Notes: generated by a model from the letters alone, not told the origin. 64,000 nucleotides of DNA from Macrostomum lignano (GCA_002269645.1 NIVC01000083.1:62001-126000), one strand, 5' to 3'; shown: positions 9,991-22,591, counted from the stretch's first letter. Made by a program: numbers and translations.

Positions 9991-12900
9991 ACAACAACAA
10001 CAACAACAAAATACGCGACCCCGCATGCACAGTCACAGTTAGAGCAGGGCGCGTCAGATGGCGCGCCGCAGTGCCTGGGAGCGAACAAAGTCCGCTCCGT
10101 TGGCAGTGTCGGGCGCCCCGGCGTCGCACAGCAGGCAGTCCACGTATCGGCGGGTTCGGGCCTGACCCCGCCTGAACGGACCCTGCAAGGTGAGCAGCAG
10201 GACGTCCTGAACAGGTTGGGGGCAGTAGCCCTCGGCCCGGATCACGTGACCCGCCAGTTGAAGTCGCCGCCGGCGCAGAATGATGGACGGGCGCTGCAGC
10301 TTGGCCCGATCGTACAGGGCCTCGGTCCCGACGCTCTCGTCAGCTCGAAAGGCCGCACGGAGCAGCCCTGAGTGCGCCGAGTCCAGCTGCCGCTCTAGCG
10401 TGGCCGTCAGCGTCCACCTCGGCGTTGTATAGCAGGACGGTTTTAACCACCGTCTGCCACAGCCGAGCCCTCTGGCGGTCGGGCAGCGCTTCGGACTGGA
10501 GGACGGCTCGGATCGAACGAAAGGCCGCCCAGGCAAGTCCTCTGCGCCGCCGGAGGTCCTCTTCCACGTGGGGCACCAGACCGCCGAGGTAGGTGAACCA
10601 CTGGCAGCGTGCGAGCCTGGTCGTCTGCCCGTCTGCGCCGCGGCACGTCAGGTCCGCTGGGATGTCGGCCGGCACAGTCAGCACCTCGGTCTTCAGCGTG
10701 TTGACAACCAGACCGACGCTCGATGCCACCTCGACCAGCCTGTCGATCTGGCGCTGGGCGCCTTCAACGGACGAGGACAGGAGGGCGAGGTCGTCGGCGT
10801 AGCCAAGCACGCTTAGGCGCTTTTCGCCGTGGCGGCGACCGATGCGTCTGCGCAGCAGGAAGCCATCATTAGCCGAGGGGAGTGCGGTCCGAAGCACCCA
10901 GTCCAGCAGCAGAACGAAGAGGAACGGCGCTAGCGTGTCGCCCTGCAGAACTCCTGATGAAGTATCGAACAGGTCAGACAGGCCGTCCGCCGTCACCACA
11001 GCAGCTCGAGTATCGCGATACAGCGCCATGACAGCGTTGTTTAGCTGCTGGGGTACCCGGTAGGCTCGAAGGACAAAGGGAAGCGCGGCTCTCAACACCG
11101 AGTCAAACGCCTTTCGAAAGTCAACGAAGACAATGATCAGCGTAGACTGGCGGATGCGCGCCTCCTCGATGACACGGCCCGGCGGAGTGCGAGGATCTGT
11201 GTCACTGTACCGCGTTGCGGCCGGAATCCGTTCTGCTCGTACCGCAGGTACGGGTCCAGCACCGACTGCAGACGATCGAGCAGCAGCCGGTTGAAGAGCT
11301 TTGCGGTGCAGGACATCAGCGAGATCCCGCGGTGGTCTTCCTTCCGCGTTGTCCCTGCCTTCTTTGGGATCGGCACGATGTGCGCGACGGTCCACTCGGT
11401 AGGCGCAGGAGCGCCGGCGAGCACGCGGTTCATGACGCCTGTGACCTGGGAGGCCACACAGCGGAGCCGCAGCGCTTCGACCGGGACTTCGTCGGGCCCG
11501 AGCGCCTTGCCGCCTGATGTTTTCCGAACGTACAGCACAACGTCCTCCGTGGCGACTGGTCTGGTGCAGAAGTCCTCCTCAGCTGGGAGCGGCGTGTCCA
11601 GTGGGAGCGCAAAGCTAGCGGGCAGCGGCGACGCGGGCGCGTTTACAATGCCGGCAAAGAAGTCGCGCAATTCATTCCTGCGCTCCCCCGGGGTGTCGCC
11701 GGCCAGATTCAGCGCCACGCGCTTTTTGCGCCCCGTCAGAGTCCGGACGGCCGTCCACACTGCGCGGCTCTTCACGTCGGGGCCGGCTGCAGTGATGGAC
11801 CTAATGGCGTCGTCGACAGCGGCCTGCTGCCGCTCGTCAAGAAAGCGCTCAAATGCGTCTTCAGCGTCGCCTGTGGGCCTCCGGTTTCTGCGGAGTCGCT
11901 CGATGTTGAGCCGCGCCTGCCTGATGACGGGGTCGCTCTGCCAGACAGGCAGCGATTTCTGCGCTGGCCGCATCAGCGGGACCGTCTGCTCTGCAGCGGC
12001 TCTAACGGCGGTGCTGATGTCGGAATACTCCGCCTCGCGCTGGTCTCCAAGCGCGCCGACGAAGGCACCCGCGAATTGACGCTTCACGCGGGTGTCCAAC
12101 AGTGCGCGATAGTAGCGCCGTGGCCGCTGCTTTGGCGGTCGGTAGAGCTGGTCGCGGAGCCGCAAGTCGCAAATCAGGAGTCGGTGGTCTGACCGGAGAG
12201 CCACTGGAGCCATGGTGTCGCAGTTGGTGACGCGGCGGCGCTCGCGAGTGCGAACCAGCGCATGATCGAGTTGCGCCAGTCTCCTCGTGGCATTCCGCCC
12301 GCGTGCGTTCCGCCGCCTTCTCTTGCAGCCCGCAAAGGTGACCAGGCGGGCAGGGGGCTTGCGGAACTGGGTGTTTGCGGACACCAGGTCCAGCCGGTCA
12401 AGCAGGTCCACCAGCGCATCGGTATTGGCGTTCTCGCGTCCCGCGAGGGGGAGTGCTCTGACCTCCGCGGGACAGCGTTCAGGTCTCCGAGCACTGCCAG
12501 CGTGTCGCGGTTTGGCACCTCTTCCAGCTGCCTAGCCAGGAAGTCGAAGAAGGCACGAGCCTCCTCGGGGTGAGCAGCGGTGGGTGCATATGCGCAGAAC
12601 AGCCGGATGCAGCGGGCGCGCAGTCGCAGGTCGACCCGCATCAGTCGCGGGGACAGCGAGATGCAGTGCACGCTCTGCTGGAGGCGCGGTCCGATCAGCA
12701 CGCCGACACCGCCTCGGCCGCGATCGTCTGTCGACGCGTACAGGAGGCTCCAGCCAGTTCCGAGGTCCTCAGAGTGGAGCCCCGGCTCAGCCACGATAGA
12801 AACCTCGTGTAGCGTGACGAGGGGGCCGTAGCCCAGCGGTAGCGCAGCTGCTCTGGTGTGCCAGCGACCCAGGCTCGATTCCAAGTGCAGTCACATTAAT

Positions 12901-13560
12901 TTGGGGCTGAATTGGAATCTCGGCTTGGCTCTGCTCGTGCAATTAACGGCCTTGAGAGCCAACCCCCCAAGGCGCAGTGAAGTGTACATGCCTAACGATA
13001 ATATAAAGTTAGGGCCGCTGTACACTCCTGTGTGAGTGTGTGCCTGCGTATGTATCCACGCGCTTGTATGCCTGCTCAGGGGAGTCGGCGGAATGGGCAG
13101 CAATGCCTCTCGCCGGTTGTGTGCCTATGTCGCTTAAAGTGCGCCAGGGTGCACACAACCCCCCTGCCTCTAATAAAAGTAGCGTGACGAGGTCCAGCTG
13201 TAGGTCGTGGGCCAGCTGGACAAGGATGGTGCGACGCCAGGGGCCTTCAGAGTTCGGCAGTTCATTGTGCCGAGCCTGAAGCGGCCACCTGGTACAGCTG
13301 GGGCCAGATGGTCCCCGGCGCCACCCAGCGGATCCATAGTTGAGGTAGCAGGGACTGGGGACAACAGGCACCTGGCCGCGCTATGGAGTCGCCCTCGCTG
13401 GTTGCGCTTGCACCACCGCTCAGTGCGGCGTTGCGCACTGCACTGACCTCTGCAAGTCCCTGCTGTGCTGAACTTTGCTGCCGCAGCCAAAGTGCGGCCA
13501 TCCAAGCCAACCGAGGTCATCTACAGCCTGATGATCTGGCCGTGATGCCAGGTGTCAGCA
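9991..13560 (-). mobile_element. Near-full-length RTE-type non-LTR retrotransposon (AP endonuclease + RT), frameshifted and interrupted by a SINE
   Basis: EN motifs FRLGTMNCRTL, LDLVTLHEV, CAYAPT, VLGDLNA. RT motifs HRGISLMS, VDFRKAFDS, GVLQGDTLAP, YADD, FTYLG. ORF stop at 10054, short 3' UTR, (TTG)n tail at 9991-10010. About 4 frameshifts. 5' boundary approximate. Confidence 0.9.
12822..13178 (+). mobile_element. tRNA-derived SINE, copy 1
   Basis: A box TAGCCCAGCGG (12829-12839), B box GGCTCGATTCC (12872-12882), A-rich end, TSD GTAGCGTGACGAGG at 12809-12822 and 13179-13192. Second copy at 22662-22999. Confidence 0.9.
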
Positions 13561-13682
13561 CTATTTGCACAGGTGTGCAAATAAAATGGCTCTGCAAATA
13601 AAATGGCTCTGCAAAAAAGGCTCCGTAAATAAAATGGCTTTGCAAATAAAATGGCAAATAAATTATATAATACAACATTTAC

Positions 13683-13892
13683 CTGTGAATAGAGAAAGTA
13701 GTTAATATCATTTAAATCCCATCGTAATCTGGTAAACTTCAATTCTTGTACAAGCTGTTGACGTGAGCAAAATGATGGCCTAAGTCTAGTTTGAGATCTT
13801 CTATTCTCATGATCAATATAATTAGAAGCATCTGTACTGTTCAAGTCGCAGTCAGAACTAGGCGAAGTGCAGCGTGCCACTATATAGTTCAT
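13683..13892 (-). CDS. rost: Rolling stone-like protein, exon 1
   Basis: ATG at 13892, donor CAG|GTAAAT, 210 nt, phase 0. ELKFTRLRWDLNDINYFLYSQ joined to LCSVWTLWLVR fits the rolling stone N-terminal F-x-x-SQ motif as recalled. Total about 386 aa. Confidence 0.7.
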
Positions 13893-16800
13893 GCTGCTGC
13901 ATTAAATACCAAAGCTCAAATCTGAAAAGAGATTATAGGCTTTATATTTACAATAGGTCCTATCATAAAATATATGATTGAAATGACAAGTATAAACTAG
14001 GATCATTATTAGATAGACACAGAAAATTCATATCTTTTTTTAAAAATTGGATCTTATTTCAAGATCTACACTTAGAATACCAAAGTAGAAACTAGGATAT
14101 TAGCTGGCATCTATAAAAATAAAAAATCAAATAAATTTTCAATATTACCATTTTATCCTTTTGGGCTTGGGCCTATATTGCTATAAGTTTATGTGAACAA
14201 CAAAAGTTTCAGTAAGTGTAAAAACTTCACAATTATATACAAATTATTCAAAATTAAAAATTGATAGAAGGGTCTTAAAAACGTCTTTAAAACCCACAAT
14301 TATAAAATTATTTATTAAGCATTTTGAAATGAATTATAAAATACTAATAAAATAATGACAATGTGCAAATTAAAAAATGGCATGTGTAACTATCATTCAA
14401 CCTAGCCAATCAAACAAATATAATATTATAGTAATAAAATAAATGATAGAACAAACATTAACTTGTCTTTATTTACTTTAATTTAATTGCCAATGCATTT
14501 CAACCCTTGTAAGTCATCATTAGGGTAATAATGAAACTGAAAATTTTAATAGAAAATTGAATAAATATACCTGTAGCTAATAAGTTAAATACACAGTATA
14601 AAGTAATATATCTAGTTTTCAATTGAAACAAGTTCTAAAACATAATGCAGTAGCATATACTCTAAGCTAAAACATGCTAAGCTGGCGGCTGGCACCCCCC
14701 ATAGGCATAGCTAGCTAGCAGTTTAGTAGGCTTGGCCAATTGGGTTTTGATCTTTGATGTACATTGTCTCTAAGATGTTCAAAGTGTGCTCATGGCAGCA
14801 GGAATTGATAGTCTTAAATATACTCAGCAAAAGTCAAAAGTTTTACCCTCCAAGCGAGACGAAAATTTACTCAACTATTGCGACAACTTCTTACTCACAA
14901 TTCAACCCTCAAGTTACGCAACATTAAGCTGCCGCGAGGAAGGGAAAGTTGAATCAATAAAAAACGTCAGTAGCACAAAATCAACAATTTTATTTTTGGC
15001 AGTGCTTATCCCCACGGTACCGTAGGAATAATTTCTGTATTATTCCAACGGTACCGTGGGAATAATTTTCTGCTTATCCGCACGGCACACTGACGAGATA
15101 GGCTAGCTGCCCCATTTTCTACATGGGAAAAATCTACATGTGAGGTCGGGGGGAGAAAAGAAAAATTTTTTTTATTGGTGAGTGTCCATTGGAGCGGTTT
15201 TCTTTAAACTTTAAACTGCCGCCTTCGTGATCTTCGGCACTTGTAAAGCCGGAAAAATTTGCAGAAAATTCGGACGCTTTTCTCCTGTTTTACTCCGACT
15301 GCCGGGTTCCTCAGGTCCGGGGGGAGGGTAGTCGTAATCGTAGCAGAGCGGTCGTTAGAGCGGCACGGTCGTTCAGATGGTAGACACCGTAGATTTTGAC
15401 ACCGTAGAATTTACGCGTTGAATGTGCTGATCGGCTTACTTTCAGTAGGGTAGACCAGCCACCACCGTAATTTACGTATTACGGAACGTTGAAGTCTCAG
15501 ACTTTCTTTGAGTTGAGAACTTGTTGTTTTACGCCCCACGGGCAAATAACTTAATATAGACTAACGAGGCTTCAGTTAATTGATAGGAAAATTTAATAGC
15601 TGACTGTTTTCGGTTTTATAAAGTAGACAAACGATAGTGGTTACGTATTGACGCGACAGAGAGCTAGTTACGATCGATGAAATGGATCCGGCGTGCCGGG
15701 GTGCTAAACTAACAGCTAATTAAAAGTTAAACTCAAAAGGATGAGTGGAGGAGAAACTAAACAGTAAAAGTTAGAAAAGTTAGGAAACAAAAGTAACAAA
15801 GTTTTAGGTAACAAGGTTAGGAAAACAAAAGTTAGGAAAAAAAACCAGGTTAGTAAACGCTGCGATATCGCATTGACTAAATAGTACACGGAGAAGTTAG
15901 CCCGGGTAGCAAAGTGACGTTGCGCGACGTCAAAATGACGTTGAAAATCGGTCAAACTATGACGTCGAGATGACGTCAATTCTGTCGATATTTTTTACGT
16001 AATTTTGACCTAGATTTGTGACGTTGCTTTGACGTAAAAAATTTACTCAAATTTTACCGTATAAAAATGGCTTTTTCAATGTACAAAATGACTTTTATGA
16101 TGTCTTTTAAGAAAATAAATGTTACTAGCTTTATGATTGAAAGTTATCTCTGCATTCTGAAGTCAACCTTATTGAATTATGTGTGTGGATATAAGTAATG
16201 CACACTAACCACACTTGATATACCGGGTACAAATTGTAATTTACAAGTATATTCTTATATTAGCAAATGAAAATTCATGAAAAGGAACGGTAAATAAATT
16301 AGATTAAAAGATGGAGAACGGAAAATAGCGCCAAAAAGTTAGTACAAACAAAACAGAATATAGTTAATGTAGAAAACAGTGGCATGGAACAAATCCAAGG
16401 ATGACGACAATTACGAGCATAGCAACAGAGCTAGTAGCCTGTAAAATAATAGAAAGTAGAGCAATAATAAAAAGCTACGGAGTAGAAATTTGCAATACTA
16501 GAAGTATGGAATACTATATTAGAATATTAGCTATTGGAAACAATCGAAGTGGAAATGAGTGATAGTATCATTGTGTAAAATAGTACAAAACAGTGTAGTG
16601 AAAAACAATAGAACAGTAGACATGTGGAACAATGCACGAACGACAGTTCAAAACAATATTTGGTTTTATTGAACAAAAAGGAAGCAACACAAGCGTAATA
16701 AATTTAAATGATTGTGTGTAGCTATAGCTGCATGTTGTTCATAGAGAACACTTGAAGACGTGCTCACATTCTGGAAATTTTTTTGGCGCAGGTAACGCTA

Positions 16801-16944
16801 TACCTACGGACTCTGGCTAAATGCGTTCAAATCTAATGGTTGCTTTTTTATTATTTACACAACTAAAGTCTAAATTTTTTATTTATGCTTAAAGTTACCC
16901 ATTTTATAATTTATTTCTTAGAACTCGGCAATGCAAAATCAATA

Positions 16945-17812
16945 GGCCGTATGAATAAAATCAGCAAATGCTCTTGAGCAAATGCTCGCACTCTGAGCTG
17001 GAGCATTTTCTCGAGGCTGAGTAAATACTCAGAGTCAGAGCAAATGCAACAATTCAGTATGAATAAACAAAAAACACAGACTCAGAGTAATTGCTCAACC
17101 GCTTGAGCAGCAGCCTGGCTGCTTAAAGCCATAGACAGGCAGATCTGCAGCAGCAGCAAGAGAAGCGGCAGCACTCACTAACGATCGAAGCTAAGTATAG
17201 TGTTGCATAGCCGCATAGCTCAGCATAGCAAACACAGCTTAGCAAGCACTGATCTGAAATGGATACTGATGATGCCAGCGACGAGCAGTTTGTGAATATC
17301 GTAATACGCCATCCGTGTCTTGCTGACAAAGCAAAGACGCCTGGTATCGCGGAGAAGAAAAAGGCAGCATTGCTATCTATCCAGAGCGAGTTGGAGCTTA
17401 GTGGCAAGAGCACGGATTCAAAAAAAATAAACAAAAAGCTGGCCAATATGAAGGCAAGACTGATACTCGCAATCTCGAAGGACATCAGACGAAAGCCTTT
17501 CAAGGTAGAGCTTGCGCCTTGCAGGAGCGATTTCAGGCATAAATTCCGCCATTCAACTGCAGTTGCTTGCCAGTTGAGTCAGCTAGGTACCTGGTAGCTG
17601 TCTCAACATTTTGTGAGCAATTGCTCCGATCTTTTGTCCATGGCCATGTTTTTATTCTTACTGACTGGAGTAATTGCTCTGCAGCTGAGAATTTTCTCAT
17701 GAGTCGGAGTAAATGCTCACGAGCATTTACTCATGAGCAAAAGCTCAACTTATTCTTATTGACCTGAGCATTTGCTTGAGTTTGAGAATTTGCTCAGTTT
17801 ATTCATACGGCC
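16945..17812 (+). mobile_element. Non-autonomous TIR element with a Myb/SANT-like ORF (PIF/Harbinger-like), nested in the CACTA element
   Basis: TIR GGCCGTATGAATAAA (15/15, extending imperfectly to ~29 bp), flanked by TA on both sides. Confidence 0.75.
17259..17597 (+). CDS. Myb/SANT (MADF-like) DNA-binding domain ORF of the nested element
   Basis: QFVNIVIRHPCLADK...KKKAALLSIQSEL...KINKKLANMKARL fits the MADF/Myb-SANT helix pattern. Confidence 0.55.
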   Translation: MDTDDASDEQFVNIVIRHPCLADKAKTPGIAEKKKAALLSIQSELELSGKSTDSKKINKKLANMKARLILAISKDIRRKPFKVELAPCRSDFRHKFRHSTAVACQLSQLGTW

Positions 17813-18028
17813 TAGTCATAGAACCAGTTTTCAAGCTCCATTTTCAATACAGTTACATGATATCCATGTACGCTCGTAAGATGGTCAAAATTGATGGATT
17901 TATGAAAGGTATGATAGCAGCTGCATGATTGAACTTTACAAAATATTCAAGCTACTATAGTTCTCCAGCATGAGCTGGCATCATGAGAGATGAAGGAAGC
18001 CAAAATGAAGGAAGAGCAACAGCGAAGT

Positions 18029-19874
18029 CTAAGTTTCCCTCACGTCATCCGCAGTCTCTACGCGCTTCTTCTCCTTGAGTTTGATATGCTTCAAGGACTC
18101 GGCCACAAAATGTTGCGCTCCAACGCCTCGTGAACGAGATCTCAATCGCTTGTTATTATGAATGACTCCTGTGAAACAAAGTGATGAGCCAATTAGTATT
18201 TCATGCGTCACAATGAGCGACTATACATACAGAGGTTGATTTCACATGTTCGAACATACTCACTTTCTATGGCCGCAGTAAGCCCGATGGGAAATATGCG
18301 TGAATCCTGCCGGCCAGTTGTTGTAAACATACTTAACACAGATGGCAGGGCAATTTTCTTCAACAGAGTGGTCGTCACTCGGCTGATACTGACGCCATCA
18401 TCAGCGAAGCCGGACAGGTAGTGAATCTAAAATTCAGATTTTTGCAAGCTACTGGTAGGACTAGTGATCGATACGTGCAGGTAGCACGAATACGGCAAAG
18501 GTACAGGAATACATGTGAAAATAAGCAACTAAATAATAAGTACATACGAGCTCGTAGATAAAAAGGAAGCTGATCATACGTAAGAAAACTATAAATTTTC
18601 TCTCACCAAGACAGACTTCTTTTCCGTACATGTGGCTATCTCATCGGCGAAGGACAGGAGCCCGTTTACACTGCTCATGGGCAACTGGTGCAACATCCCA
18701 TTGCCATCAGTAGTATTGCCACACCTTAACGCTCAGATCTCTTCCTTCATTTCCTTCATTTCGGTAAAGAGCTTCGCCAGCCACTCTGCAGTAACAATAC
18801 AAACGCATGCATATGTTTACACTGGCATGAATTTACAAATAGGTAGTAAAATAACCACTAGAACAGAGTAGAGACATGTATCACGCGAGCGCAATACAAT
18901 ACAAAAAACTGAAACTGTCAGAGTAAAGTCAGATGAAATCAAATTAAAAGGCAACATACTCTCCATGTGACAGCAGTGACGGTTGCAACTGGCAGTTTCA
19001 TTCTTTCTCCTCAAGTCAGGATCCTGTGTAGCAGATTCCAGCACAGATTGGCTCTCGAATGTATCGTGTACGGTAACTGATGCTTGAGGTGGTGAAGGCG
19101 ATAGTTGAAAAACTGGAGGCGGAGGTGGTGACGCAAGCTCAGATACGACAACCGAAGCCGAAGACGACGGTGGCATATTCGATGTCTTTTTGGATCTAGT
19201 GGAAGATGAAGCAGGAATCGACGATGTCCTAAAGCCATCAACCAGCCTCTCTACTGCCGGCCTTTGTCGTTTCCTCTCAACTTCTGTCTCACTCAAACTA
19301 TTCTTTTCTTCCAATCGCTTCAGCCGATAAGTGAGAAAGTTCAGATTATCTGAAAGGGTAAGGCAAAATCTGCAATCATATTTACGAAAAATACATGCGC
19401 TTTTAGGTTGAGTCGTGCCAGCCTTCAGTGTGTATGGTTTCCCATACTACAATCGACCTTTGTCTGTGTGTGTTGTGGACTTCCACAGGGCGTTCAACTC
19501 GATGTCGAGAGCTGCGGGGAGCTCAAGGAGTACAGCATGGCAAAAATGACGGCAACATTGACTCTACCCAATAGATTCACCATTATATCTAAATTGAATA
19601 TATCTAAATTATAAATACTATTATACTATATTACTAGCACTGTTCGACATGAAGAGGGCATTAAAAACGTACCACTAGACATGAGCTGTTCCGACACCTT
19701 GAATTCCCTCCAGGATGGGTGTGGTTCAGTTTTGTTGCGCAGACATTGAGTAGCTTTGGTTGTCTTGGGGAGGAGGCAGAAGACATTGCCATCTTCATCC
19801 TGGAACAGCCAACTGTCCAGCACAATTTGAGCGCCATCGTCGAAGCTTACTAGGTGATACTTTGCAGTGTTCAT
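18029..19874 (-). pseudogene. Spliced accessory gene of the CACTA element (DUF4806-like), 5 exons, one in-frame TGA
   Basis: Exon 1 19874-19673 (YHLVSFDDGAQIVLDSWL...PHPSWREFKV) and exon 2 from 19349 have consistent phases. Exon 3 reads KEEI*ALRC (likely CGA>TGA). Later exons encode IHYLSGF...TTGRQDSRIF and AESLKHIK. Confidence 0.6.
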
Positions 19875-20590
19875 TGTGATACACTGGAGGTGTTTCAGAG
19901 CTTCAAATGCATGAAAAAAGGTTGTAATGTTCTATTAGTATATAAAACTGCAGTAAATTAAATAATCTTATCTACGCTGATTTTATTACAGCTCTTTTCT
20001 ATAACATTTACAGATTCATGGATCTACTATTGCAATACTTGTATTTTCAGATTTCTACAGAATTGATGAACAGAGCAGCTTTGATGTATTTTAGTACCAA
20101 ATAAGTTGCCAAAAATACGGCCATATTATACTGCGACGAGTATTTTTATTAATTATACTTTGAGGAGGCGAAATTACAGTAGTAGTATGTTTAATTGGCT
20201 ACGCTTGTCAGGCCTGGACGGTTTGATGCTAAGAAATTGTTATTATTATTAATAATTTTGCTATTACTACTGTTATATGTATACACTGAAGATTCTAAAC
20301 AATCTGCTATGCTTCAATTTTTTGCATCGACTGGTTGATCTACGTCCAAGGCTGCCACACGCTTACAGAAAAGCCTATAAGTTGCAAGTTCAAACATGAG
20401 TAGAATATTTTGAAACAGAATCTAGCTCGTAATTAAAGAAAATAACATATTATTAGAACCTTAAAATAAATTTACGTACAAAATTATAACAGCTAAAGAA
20501 AAGTATCATGATTAAAGTTTAAAGAATAGCATTTGCTTCTGAATGCAGACACATCAAACCTTTGCAGTATGTTAAAAAGTAAGCTCTGTC

Positions 20591-22591
20591 TCACTGACGG
20601 AAAGTATGAGCAAGTGGTATGGCCAACTGGTGGCCACCGTCGTCTGGAAAGAGGAACATTTTGCACATGATATGTTTAACAGGTATGACAGAAACCGAGC
20701 GCGACAATTCAGACACTTTGAAAATGTCTAAATCCATGGACAGCAACGGCAATAGAAAGTAGTTGTCGTGGCTACAAAAGAGCCGGCCAATGGCCCTGAT
20801 ATCGTCGCCCTCCTTCACAAAATGAGAAACTTTGAAGACTTTGCGATCAGAGGTTAAGACGAATGAATCCGGAGATTTCCTCTTCAGGATGGTGTTGACA
20901 TCATTCAGTACGAGTCGCCGGTAAGCTACACCCTCATCACGAATGATGGGTTGCAAGGGTGTCAGGGACTTTATTCCCAATAGGGATACAGGACGCTGCC
21001 CAAGAAACTGTCCACTCTCATGTATTCGCTTGACAATCTGATTCAGTGGTTGACTGGGCGATCGAATCTTCTTCTTGATGAATCTCAAGAAGTTCTCAAA
21101 CTTAAAGTTGCTAAATGTGTCTATTGGACCAAACCGGTTGAAGTCATCAACTAGGTGCTGAAGGTTGTGAATATTGTATGTGAAAAATGCATTTCCGAGA
21201 GCCTCGCGAAGGAGATCGTGCATATATGACACAAGGCGGCGAATGTATTCAACGCTCTGCGCTCCTTGGTATTGTTTCCTTTCGCAGCACATGATGTAGA
21301 TAGCGATGAAATACGTCATGAATATAGTTTGTAGCTTTGAATCACGTACAACCTTGGGGATGACGAACGGAATGATGTACACTGTAAAAAGTCGCAATTC
21401 AGTCGCCTTCCATTTGTGAAGGTGGCGAATAGGGCTCACCTTTCGAACAAAGTCACAAGGAAGAACCTTGCAGGTCTCTTTTATAAGCTGATCAAAGTAC
21501 CTTTTCTCATTCTGGCCGAGCCTGTACTTATTTGGACCATTGCTTAATACTTCCAGCAGCTTCAGTGTCACTCCTTTGCAGATAAGGTGCAACATGTCGT
21601 GTGGAAACTGAGCCACCATGTCAATAGACAAGGATTCAAAGGGGCTCGGTCCGTGGTGATGCTCCGGTTGAGTTCTGTCGCGAAAGGTGGCGTCACTTCG
21701 GAGAGTACCATTCTCAGAGAAAGCAACACGGTTACAAATGTATATACCTTTCGCAATGCAACGGTCACAACCATAATAGCCAGAGTGGCCTTTGACATTC
21801 TTGACAAAAGCGCGTGCGGGTGTGTCGCAGCAAACACACGCAAGGAGAATTTTCACACCGGGTCGAATCTCCAAATCATTTTGCTCCAGCGTCTTTAACT
21901 CTTCAATAGTATCCGTGAGAAGATCCTCGGCACTCTGAGGCTTTGCCTTGCCGTGGTAGATTCCAACGACAAAGACAGAATTCCGAATTTCACGAAATGC
22001 GGCTAGAATCACCCAAAAGCCGTCCACAGTCGATGAAAAAAGTGGTACACCATCGATGTTTAAAAACAGGTTCAAGTTGACATTATTCTCAAAGCCCACA
22101 TCGTCAAGTAGCCTTTTAATCCCATTCAGGAGCCCAAAATGATAGTAGCTACCTGGATCAACGTGTTTAACTCCTAATACAACCTGGGGAGAGTCAAGCA
22201 GCGTTCTTGGGTCAATAGGAAGGGATGGGTCTTTCTTGCGCAGAACAGCCAGAAGACGTCGCAAAGAGGCCTGTGGGATGTTGTCGGATATTGCCCATTC
22301 TTTCAAAGCCTCACTCAGATCTACATCAGATTCATGGTCGTCATAGTCGTCAGTCTCTGAATCGGAGGAGACGGATTCAGATGGCGAATTGTTATTACTA
22401 TCCTCCTGATGATTATCTCCTTCCTCAGGTTGACTACCCAATGTCCATTTAGAACAACCTGCTCCAATGGGCAATGATGATTTTTTCATACAAATGCCCT
22501 CTTCCTCGTCATGAGAGCTGGAACTGGTATCCCTAATGGCATTTAGTAGCAACCTCTCTCCTGTTCTCTTTTTCTTCACCCAAGTGGCCAT
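20591..22591 (-). CDS. CACTA/EnSpm-type transposase, uninterrupted 666 aa
   Basis: Motifs LNIDGVPLF, CCDTPARAF, GHSGYYGCDRC, HDMLHLICKGV, WKATELRLF, YNIHNLQHL, FKFENF. Confidence 0.9.
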   Translation of the reverse strand: MATWVKKKRTGERLLLNAIRDTSSSSHDEEEGICMKKSSLPIGAGCSKWTLGSQPEEGDNHQEDSNNNSPSESVSSDSETDDYDDHESDVDLSEALKEWAISDNIPQASLRRLLAVLRKKDPSLPIDPRTLLDSPQVVLGVKHVDPGSYYHFGLLNGIKRLLDDVGFENNVNLNLFLNIDGVPLFSSTVDGFWVILAAFREIRNSVFVVGIYHGKAKPQSAEDLLTDTIEELKTLEQNDLEIRPGVKILLACVCCDTPARAFVKNVKGHSGYYGCDRCIAKGIYICNRVAFSENGTLRSDATFRDRTQPEHHHGPSPFESLSIDMVAQFPHDMLHLICKGVTLKLLEVLSNGPNKYRLGQNEKRYFDQLIKETCKVLPCDFVRKVSPIRHLHKWKATELRLFTVYIIPFVIPKVVRDSKLQTIFMTYFIAIYIMCCERKQYQGAQSVEYIRRLVSYMHDLLREALGNAFFTYNIHNLQHLVDDFNRFGPIDTFSNFKFENFLRFIKKKIRSPSQPLNQIVKRIHESGQFLGQRPVSLLGIKSLTPLQPIIRDEGVAYRRLVLNDVNTILKRKSPDSFVLTSDRKVFKVSHFVKEGDDIRAIGRLFCSHDNYFLLPLLSMDLDIFKVSELSRSVSVIPVKHIMCKMFLFPDDGGHQLAIPLAHTFRQ

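Noticed and set aside
10215-12831. Plus-strand ORFs overlapping the LINE, and ORFs antisense to the Gypsy and CACTA genes
   Set aside because: Shadow frames of GC-rich coding sequence on the opposite strand.
15085-15130. CTGACGA...GAAA as a hammerhead ribozyme
   Set aside because: No stem II or stem III pairing around the core motifs.
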